From assembly GCA_964057225.1 (NCBI GenBank), contig OZ059900.1, positions 21,948,001 through 22,012,000 on the forward strand: a stretch of 64,000 bases of DNA. The letters are read 5' to 3'. Position 1 is the stretch's first letter. Every line of letters begins with the position of its first letter. The notes below the pieces were generated by a model, which saw only the letters and a list, made by a program, of their open reading frames with translations, had not been told where the DNA came from and did not search any database. This DNA comes from Auanema rhodensis. Its lineage: Eukaryota; Animalia; Nematoda. Positions 53,701 to 64,000 of this stretch are shown in pieces. Both the position numbers and the translations under genes were made by a program.

Positions 53701-56700
53701 GTTGTACGAACAATTTTGAGCTAGGTTTTATTGACATTGCATGAGTTTGAACACATGAAATCGTAAGTCAAAACCTTGTTTACAGCGAAATTTCCAAAAA
53801 CTGGTTTTCCAGCATAATAAAATATTTCTCATGGGAAATATTGTGTTTTTGTATTTTTCTAGTGTTCAGCATGTAAAATGCTTCATTTTAGTATGTAACA
53901 CGCTGAAATTCGTTGCATTTGACGACTCATATGAACAAAAATCGATTTAATCAATATTAGCCATAAGGGGCGTGCCCTCAGAATATGCTAATTTCCTTAA
54001 TTTTCTAACCCCTGTTTTTTTGTCGTGAAAGTGGAACTAGACGTTGTACAAACAATTTTGAGCTAGGTTTCATTGACATTGCATGAGTTTGAACACATGA
54101 AATCGTAAGTCAAATCCTTGTTTACAGCGAAATTTCCAAAAACTGGTTTTCCAGCATAATAAAATATTTCTCATGGGAAATACTGTGTTTTTGTATTTTT
54201 CTAGTGTTCAGCATGTAAAATGCTTCATTTTAGTATGTAACACGCTGAAATTCGTTGCATTTGACGACTCATATGAACAAAAATCGATTTAATCAATATT
54301 AGCCATAAGGGGCGTGCCCTCAGAATATGCTAATTTCCTTAATTTTCTAACCCCTGTTTTTTTGTCGTGAAAGTGGAACTAGACGTTGTACGAACAATTT
54401 TGAGCTAAGTTTCATTGACATTGCATGAGTTTGAACACATGAAATCGTATGTCAAAACCTTGTTTACAGCGAAATTTCCAAAAACTGGTTTTCCAGCATA
54501 ATAAAATATTTCTCATGTGAAATACTGTGTTTTTGTTTTTTTCTAGTGTTCAGCATGTAAAATGCTTCATTTTAGTATGTAACACGCTGAAATTCGTTGC
54601 ATTTGACGACTCATATGAACAAAAATCGATTTAATCAATATTAGCCATAAGGGGCGTGCCCTCAGAATATACTAATTTCCTTAATTTTCTAACCCCTTTT
54701 TTTTTGTCGTGAAAGTGGAACTAGACGTTGTACGAACAATTTTGAGCTAGGTTTCATTGACATTGCATGAGTTTGAACACATGAAATCGTAAGTCAAAAC
54801 CTTGTTTACAGCGAAATTTCCAAAAACTGGTTTTCCAGCATAATAAAATATTTCTCATGGGAAATACTGTGTTTTTGTATTTTTCTAGTGTTCAGCATGT
54901 AAAATGCTTCATTTTAGTATGTAACACGCTGAAATTCGTTGCATTTGACGACTCATATGAACAAAAATCGATTTAATCATTATTAGCCATAAGGGGCGTG
55001 CCCTCAGAATATGCTAATTTCCTTAATTTTCTAACCCCTGTTTTTTTGTCGTGAAAGTGGAACTAGACGTTGTACGAACAATTTTGAGTTAGGTTTCATT
55101 GACATTGCATGAGTTTGAACACATGAAATCGTAAGTCAAAACCTTGTTTACAGCGAAATTTCCAAAAACTGGTTTTCCAGCATAATAAAATATTTCTCAT
55201 GGGAAATACTGTGTTTTTGTATTTTTCTAGTGTTCAGCATGTAAAATGCTTCATTTTAGTATGTAACACGCTGAAATTCGTTGCATTTGACGACTCATAT
55301 GAACAAAAATCGATTTAATCAATATTAGCCATAAGGGGCGTGCCCTCAGAATATGCTAATTTCCTTAATTTTCTAACCCCTGTTTTTTTGTCGTGAAAGT
55401 GGAACTAGACGTTGTACGAACAATTTTGAGCTAGGTTTCATTGACATTGCATGAGTTTGAACACATGAAATCGTAAGTCAAAACCTTGTTTACAGCGAAA
55501 TTTCCAAAAACTGGTTTTCCAGCATAATAAAATATTTCTCATGGGAAATACTGTGTTTTTGTTTTTTTCTAGTGTTCAGCATGTAAAATGCTTCATTTTA
55601 GTATGTAACACGCTGAAATTCGTTGCATTTGACGACTCATATGAACAAAAATCGATTTAATCAATATTAGCCATAAGGGGCGTGCCCTCAGAATATACTA
55701 ATTTCCTTAATTTTCTAACCCCTGTTTTTTTGTCGTGAAAGTGGAACTAGACGTTGTACGAACAATTTTGAGCTAGGTTTCATTGACATTGCATGAGTTT
55801 GAACACATGAAATCGTAAGTCAAAACCTTGTTTACAGCGAAATTTCCAAAAACTGGTTTTCCAGCATAATAAAATATTTCTCATGGGAAATACTGTGTTT
55901 TTGTATTTTTCTAGTGTTCAGCATGTAAATTGCTTCATTTTAGTATGTAACACGCTGAAATTCGTTGCATTTGACGACTCATATGAACAAAAATCGATTT
56001 AATCAATATTAGCCATAAGGGGCGTGCCCTCAGAATATGCTAATTTCCTTAATTTTCTAACCCCTGTTTTTTTGTCGTGAAAGTGGAACTAGACGTTGTA
56101 CGAACAATTTTGAGCTAAGTTTCATTGACATTGCATGAGTTTGAACACATGAAATCGTATGTCAAAACCTTGTTTACAGCGAAATTTCCAAAAACTGGTT
56201 TTCCAGCATAATAAAATATTTCTCATGGGAAATACTGTGTTTTTGTTTTTTTCTAGTGTTCAGCATGTAAAATGCTTCATTTTAGTATGTAACACGCTGA
56301 AATTCGTTGCATTTGACGACTCATATGAACAAAAATCGATTTAATCAATATTAGCCATAAGGGGCGTGCCCTCAGAATATACTAATTTCCTTAATTTTCT
56401 AACCCCTGTTTTTTTGTCGTGAAAGTGGAACTAGACGTTGTACGAACAATTTTGAGCTAGGTTTCATTGACATTGCATGAGTTTGAACACATGAAATCGT
56501 AAGTCAAAACCTTGTTTACAGCGAAATTTCCAAAAACTGGTTTTCCAGCATAATAAAATATTTCTCATGGGAAATACTGTGTTTTTGTATTTTTCTAGTG
56601 TTCAGCATGTAAAATGCTTCATTTTAGTATGTAACACGCTGAAATTCGTTGCATTTGACGACTCATATGAACAAAAATCGATTTAATCAATATTAGCCAT

Positions 56701-59700
56701 AAGGGGCGTGCCCTCAGAATATACTAATTTCCTTAATTTTCTAACCCCTGTTTTTTTGTCGTGAAAGTGGAACTAGACGTTGTACGAACAATTTTGAGCT
56801 AGGTTTCATTGACATTGCATGAGTTTGAACACATGAAATCGTAAGTCAAAACCTTGTTTACAGCGAAATTTCCAAAAACTGGTTTTCCAGCATAATAAAA
56901 TATTTCTCATGGGAAATACTGTGTTTTTGTATTTTTCTAGTGTTCAGCATGTAAAATGCTTCATTTTAGTATGTAACACGCTGAAATTCGTTGCATTTGA
57001 CGACTCATATGAACAAAAATCGATTTAATCATTATTAGCCATAAGGGGCGTGCCCTCAGAATATGCTAATTTCCTTAATTTTCTAACCCCTGTTTTTTTG
57101 TCGTGAAAGTGGAACTAGACGTTGTACGAACAATTTTAAGTTAGGTTTCATTGACATTGCATGAGTTTGAACACATGAAATCGTAAGTCAAAACCTTGTT
57201 TACAGCGAAATTTCCAAAAACTGGTTTTCCAGCATAATAAAATATTTCTCATGGGAAATACTGTGTTTTTGTATTTTTCTAGTGTTCAGCATGTAAAATG
57301 CTTCATTTTAGTATGTAACACGCTGAAATTCGTTGCATTTGACGACTCATATGAACAAAAATCGATTTAATCAATATTAGCCATAAGGGGCGTGCCCTCA
57401 GAATATGCTAATTTCCTTAATTTTCTAACCCCTGTTTTTTTGTCGTGAAAGTGGAACTAGACGTTGTACGAACAATTTTGAGCTAGGTTTCATTGACATT
57501 GCATGAGTTTGAACACATGAAATCGTAAGTCAAAACCTTGTTTACAGCGAAATTTCCAAAAACTGGTTTTCCAGCATAATAAAATATTTCTCATGGGAAA
57601 TACTGTGTTTTTGTATTTTTCTAGTGTTCAGCATGTAAAATGCTTCATTTTAGTATGTAACACGCTGAAATTCGTTGCATTTGACGACTCATATGAACAA
57701 AAATCGATTTAATCAATATTAGCCATAAGGGGCGTGCCCTCAGAATATGCTAACTTCCTTAATTTTCTAACCCCTGTTTTTTTTGTCGTGAAAGTGGAAC
57801 TAGACGTTGTACGAACAATTTTGAGCTAGGTTTCATTGACATTGCAAGAGTTTGAACACATGAAATCGTAAGTCAAAACCTTGTTTACAGCGAAATTTCC
57901 AAAAACTGGTTTTCCAGCATAATAAAATATTTCTCATGGGAAATACTGTGTTTTTGTTTTTTTCTAGTGTTCAGCATGTAAAATGCTTCATTTTAGTATG
58001 TAACACGCTGAAATTCGTTGCATTTGACGACTCATATGAACAAAAATCGATTTAATCAATATTAGCTATAAGGGGCGTGCCCTCAGAATATGCTAATTTC
58101 CTTAATTTTCTAACCCCTGTTTTTTTGTCGTGAAAGTGGAACTAGACGTTGTACGAACAATTTTGAGCTAAGTTTCATTGACATTGCATGAGTTTGAACA
58201 CATGAAATCGTAAGTCAAAACCTTGTTTACAGCGAAATTTCCAAAAACTGGTTTTCCAGCATAATAAAATATTTCTCATGGGAAATACTGTGTTTTTGTT
58301 TTTTTCTAGTGTTCAGCATGTAAAATGCTTCATTTTAGTATGTAACATGCAGAAATTCGTTGCATTTGACGACTCATATGAACAAAAATCGATTTAATCA
58401 ATATTAGCCATAAGGGGCGTGCCCTCAGAATATGCTAATTTCCTTAATTTTCTAACCCTTGTTTTTTTGTCGTGAAAGTGGAACTAGACGTTGTACGAAC
58501 AATTTTGAGCTAGGTTTCATTGACATTGCATGAGTTTGAACACATGAAATCGTAAGTCAAAACCTTGTTTACAGCGAAATTTCCAAAAACTGGTTTTCCA
58601 GCATAATACAATATTTCTCATGGGAAATACTGTGTTTTTGTATTTTTCTAGTGTTCAGCATGTAAAATGCTTCATTTTAGTATGTAACACGCTGAAATTC
58701 GTTGCATTTGACGACTCATATGAACAAAAATCGATTTAATCAATATTAGCCATAAGGGCCGTGCCCTCAGAATATGCTAACTTCCTTAATTTTCTAACCC
58801 CTGTTTTTTTGTCGTGAAAGTGGAACTAGACGTTGTACGAACAATTTTGAGCTAGGTTTCATTGACATTGCATGAGTTTGAACACATGAAATCGTAAGTC
58901 AAAACCTTGTTTACAGCGAAATTTCCAAAAACTGGTTTTCCAGCATAATAAAATATTTCTCATGGGAAATATTGTGTTTTTGTATTTTTCTAGTGTTCAG
59001 CATGTAAAATGCTTCATTTTAGTATGTAACACGCTGAAATTCGTTGCATTTGACGACTCATATGAACAAAAATCGATTTAATGAATATTAGCAATAAGGG
59101 GCGTGCCCTCAGAATATGCTAATTTCCTTAATTTTCTAACCCCTGTTTTTTTGTCGTGAAAGTGGAACTAGACGTTGTACGAACAATTTTGAGCTAGGTT
59201 TCATTGACATTGCATGAGTTTGAACACATGAAATCGTAAGTCAAACCTTGTTTACAGCGAAATTTCCAAAAACTGGTTTTCCAGCATAATAAAATATTTC
59301 TCATGGGAAATACTGTGTTTTTGTATTTTTCTAGTGTTCAGCATGTAAAATGCTTCATTTTAGTATGTAACACGCTGAAATTCGTTGCATTTGACGACTC
59401 ATATGAACAAAAATCGATTTAATCAATATTAGCCATAAGGGGCGTGCCCTCAGAATATGCTAATTTCCTTAATTTTCTAACCCCTGTTTTTTTGTCGTGA
59501 AAGTGGAACTAGACGTTGTACGAACAATTTTGAGCTAGGTTTCATTGACATTGCATGAGTTTGAACACATGAAATCGTAAGTCAAAACCTTGTTTACAGC
59601 GAAATTTCCAAAAACTGGTTTTCCAGCATAATAAAATATTTCTCATGGGAAATACTGTGTTTTTGTATTTTTAGTGTTCAGCATGTAAAATGCTTCATTT

Positions 59701-62700
59701 TAGTATGTAACACGCTGAAATTCGTTGCATTTGACGACTCATATGAACAAAAATCGATTTAATCAATATTAGCTATAAGGGGCGTGCCCTCAGAATATGC
59801 TAATTTCCTTAATTTTCTAACCCCTGTTTTTTTGTCGTGAAAGTGGAACTAGACGTTGTACGAACAATTTTGAGCTAAGTTTCATTGACATTGCATGAGT
59901 TTGAACACATGAAATCGTAAGTCAAAACCTTGTTTACAGCGAAATTTCCAAAAACTGGTTTTCCAGCATAATAAAATATTTCTCATGGGAAATACTGTGT
60001 TTTTGTTTTTTTCTAGTGTTCAGCATGTAAAATGCTTCATTTTAGTATGTAACATGCAGAAATTCGTTGCATTTGACGACTCATATGAACAAAAATCGAT
60101 TTAATCAATATTAGCCATAAGGGGCGTGCCCTCAGAATATACTAATTTCCTTAATTTTCTAACCCCTTTTTTTTGTCGTGAAAGTGGAACTAGACGTTGT
60201 ACGAACAATTTTGAGCTAGGTTTCATTGACATTGCATGAGTTTGAACACATGAAATCGTAAGTCAAAACCTTGTTTACAGCGAAATTTCCAAAAACTGGT
60301 TTTCCAGCATAATAAAATATTTCTCATGGGAAATACTGTGTTTTTGTATTTTTCTAGTGTTCAGCATGTAAAATGCTTCATTTTAGTATGTAACACGCTG
60401 AAATTCGTTGCATTTGACGACTCATATGAACAAAAATCGATTTAATCAATATTAGCCATAAGGGGCGTGCCCTCAGAATATGCTAACTTCCTTAATTTTC
60501 TAACCCCTGTTTTTTTTGTCGTGAAAGTGGAACTAGACGTTGTACGAACAATTTTGAGCTAGGTTTCATTGACATTGCAAGAGTTTGAACACATGAAATC
60601 GTAAGTCAAAACCTTGTTTACAGCGAAATTTCCAAAAACTGGTTTTCCAGCATAATAAAATATTTCTCATGGGAAATACTGTGTTTTTGTTTTTTTCTAG
60701 TGTTCAGCATGTAAAATGCTTCATTTTAGTATGTAACATGCAGAAATTCGTTGCATTTGACGACTCATATGAACAAAAATCGATTTAATCAATATTAGCC
60801 ATAAGGGGCGTGCCCTCAGAATATGCTAATTTCCTTAATTTTCTAACCCTTGTTTTTTTGTCGTGAAAGTGGAACTAGACGTTGTACGAACAATTTTGAG
60901 CTAGGTTTCATTGACATTGCATGAGTTTGAACACATGAAATCGTAAGTCAAAACCTTGTTTACAGCGAAATTTCCAAAAACTGGTTTTCCAGCATAATAA
61001 AATATTTCTCATGGGAAATACTGTGTTTTTGTATTTTTCTAGTGTTCAGCATGTAAAATGCTTCATTTTAGTATGTAACACGCTGAAATTCGTTGCATTT
61101 GACGACTCATATGAACAAAAATCGATTTAATCAATATTAGCCATAAGGGCCGTGCCCTCAGAATATGCTAACTTCCTTAATTTTCTAACCCCTGTTTTTT
61201 TGTCGTGAAAGTGGAACTAGACGTTGTACGAACAATTTTGAGCTAGGTTTCATTGACATTGCATGAGTTTGAACACATGAAATCGTAAGTCAAAACCTTG
61301 TTTACAGCGAAATTTCCAAAAACTGGTTTTCCAGCATAATAAAATATTTCTCATGGGAAATATTGTGTTTTTGTATTTTTCTAGTGTTCAGCATGTAAAA
61401 TGCTTCATTTTAGTATGTAACACGCTGAAATTCGTTGCATTTGACGACTCATATGAACAAAAATCGATTTAATCAATATAAGCAATAAGGGGCGTGCCCT
61501 CAGAATATGCTAATTTCCTTAATTTTCTAACCCCTGTTTTTTTGTCGTGAAAGTGGAACTAGACGTTGTACGAACAATTTTGAGCTAGGTTTCATTGACA
61601 TTGCATGAGTTTGAACACATGAAATCGTAAGTCAAACCTTGTTTACAGCGAAATTTCCAAAAACTGGTTTTCCAGCATAATAAAATATTTCTCATGGGAA
61701 ATACTGTGTTTTTGTATTTTTCTAGTGTTCAGCATGTAAAATGCTTCATTTTAGTATGTAACACGCTGAAATTCGTTGCATTTGACGACTCATATGAACA
61801 AAAATCGATTTAATCAATATTAGCCATAAGGGGCGTGCCCTCAGAATATGCTAATTTCCTTAATTTTCTAACCCCTGTTTTTTTGTCGTGAAAGTGGAAC
61901 TAGACGTTGTACGAACAATTTTGAGCTAGGTTTCATTGACATTGCATGAGTTTGAACACATGAAATCGTAAGTCAAAACCTTGTTTACAGCGAAATTTCC
62001 AAAAACTGGTTTTCCAGCATAATAAAATATTTCTCATGGGAAATACTGTGTTTTTGTATTTTTCTAGTGTTCAGCATGTAAAATGCTTCATTTTAGTATG
62101 TAACACGCTGAAATTCGTTGCATTTGACGACTCATATGAACAAAAATCGATTTAATCAATATTAGCTATAAGGGGCGTGCCCTCAGAATATGCTAATTTC
62201 CTTAATTTTCTAACCCCTGTTTTTTTGTCGTGAAAGTGGAACTAGACGTTGTACGAACAATTTTGAGCTAAGTTTCATTGACATTGCATGAGTTTGAACA
62301 CATGAAATCGTAAGTCAAAACCTTGTTTACAGCGAAATTTCCAAAAACTGGTTTTCCAGCATAATAAAATATTTCTCATGGGAAATACTGTGTTTTTGTT
62401 TTTTTCTAGTGTTCAGCATGTAAAATGCTTCATTTTAGTATGTAACATGCAGAAATTCGTTGCATTTGACGACTCATATGAACAAAAATCGATTTAATCA
62501 ATATTAGCCATAAGGGGCGTGCCCTCAGAATATGCTAATTTCCTTAATTTTCTAACCCTTGTTTTTTTGTCGTGAAAGTGGAACTAGACGTTGTACGAAC
62601 AATTTTGAGCTAGGTTTCATTGACATTGCATGAGTTTGAACACATGAAATCGTAAGTCAAAACCTTGTTTACAGCGAAATTTCCAAAAACTGGTTTTCCA

Positions 62701-64000
62701 GCATAATAAAATATTTCTCATGGGAAATACTGTGTTTTTGTATTTTTCTAGTGTTCAGCATGTAAAATGCTTCATTTTAGTATGTAACACGCTGAAATTC
62801 GTTGCATTTGACGACTCATATGAACAAAAATCGATTTAATCAATATTAGCCATAAGGGGCGTGCCCTCAGAATATGCTAACTTCCTTAATTTTCTAACCC
62901 CTGTTTTTTTTGTCGTGAAAGTGGAACTAGACGTTGTACGAACAATTTTGAGCTAGGTTTCATTGACATTGCAAGAGTTTGAACACATGAAATCGTAAGT
63001 CAAAACCTTGTTTACAGCGAAATTTCCAAAAACTGGTTTTCCAGCATAATAAAATATTTCTCATGGGAAATACTGTGTTTTTGTTTTTTTCTAGTGTTCA
63101 GCATGTAAAATGCTTCATTTTAGTATGTAACACGCTGAAATTCGTTGCATTTGACGACTCATATGAACAAAAATCGATTTAATCAATATTAGCTATAAGG
63201 GGCGTGCCCTCAGAATATGCTAATTTCCTTAATTTTCTAACCCCTGTTTTTTTGTCGTGAAAGTGGAACTAGACGTTGTACGAACAATTTTGAGCTAAGT
63301 TTCATTGACATTGCATGAGTTTGAACACATGAAATCGTAAGTCAAAACCTTGTTTACAACGAAATTTCCAAAAACTGGTTTTCCAGCATAATAAAATATT
63401 TCTCATGGGAAATACTGTGTTTTTGTTTTTTTCTAGTGTTCAGCATGTAAAATGCTTCATTTTAGTATGTAACATGCAGAAATTCGTTGCATTTGACGAC
63501 TCATATGAACAAAAATCGATTTAATCAATATTAGCCATAAGGGGCGTGCCCTCAGAATATGCTAATTTCCTTAATTTTCTAACCCTTGTTTTTTTGTCGT
63601 GAAAGTGGAACTAGACGTTGTACGAACAATTTTGAGCTAGGTTTCATTGACATTGCATGAGTTTGAACACATGAAATCGTAAGTCAAAACCTTGTTTACA
63701 GCGAAATTTCCAAAAACTGGTTTTCCAGCATAATAAAATATTTCTCATGGGTAATACTGTGTTTTTGTATTTTTCTAGTGTTCAGCATGTAAAATGCTTC
63801 ATTTTAGTATGTAACACGCTGAAATTCGTTGCATTTGACGACTCATATGAACAAAAATCGATTTAATCAATATTAGCTATAAGGGGCGTGCCCTCAGAAT
63901 ATGCTAATTTCCTTAATTTTCTAACCCCTGTTTTTTTGTCGTGAAAGTGGAACTAGACGTTGTACGAACAATTTTGAGCTAAGTTTCATTGACATTGCAT
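38730..64000. repeat. Tandem satellite DNA array, same 342-bp monomer and orientation (right contig, ~74 monomers)
   Basis: Same consensus as the left array but a different set of diagnostic variants. Monomers are 340-343 bp because of small indels. The array runs off the right edge of the window. Confidence 0.99.
45500..64000. repeat. Large block duplication at offset 11,969 bp (35 monomers): ~45.5-52.0 kb matches ~57.5-64.0 kb
   Basis: Rare variants pair exactly: 45785/57754, 46640/58609, 47114/59083, 49511/61480, 51390/63359, 51783/63752, plus shared small deletions. Confidence 0.92.

Noticed and set aside
56159-56344. 61-aa ORF MSKPCLQRNF...
   Set aside because: It arises from a single CGTAAG>CGTATG change adding an ATG to a chance stop-free frame. 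The sister copy at 54449 is cut by ATG-TGA. There is no recognisable domain or gene context.
1-64000. CRISPR array or repeat-spacer system
   Set aside because: There are no unique spacers; the entire 342-bp unit is repeated and no cas-like ORFs are present.

Overview
The whole window is one head-to-tail, single-orientation array of an AT-rich 342-bp satellite monomer (hand count: about 34% GC). It holds roughly 185 full copies plus four 149-bp partial units and is interrupted only by a 200-N scaffold gap at 38530-38729. Copies usually differ from consensus by 0-4 changes. I see no genes, RNA genes, transposons or CRISPR arrays; the three supplied ORFs are gap artefacts or chance frames. This looks like eukaryotic (peri)centromeric or heterochromatic satellite DNA, but I cannot identify the species or family. 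The interest lies in the fine structure. (1) A 149-bp unit with a CATAA-microhomology junction has been re-amplified four times. (2) Point variants trace nested multi-monomer duplications (2-, 3-, 5-, 6-, 7-, 8-, 16+partial-, 19/21- and 35-monomer offsets). (3) Two different variant libraries sit on either side of the gap. (4) The monomer may be an ancient ~171-bp dimer. (5) The monomer is rich in dyad symmetries, and several variants repair mismatches in those quasi-palindromes. I found no novel protein-coding system. All coordinates and offsets were read by eye.
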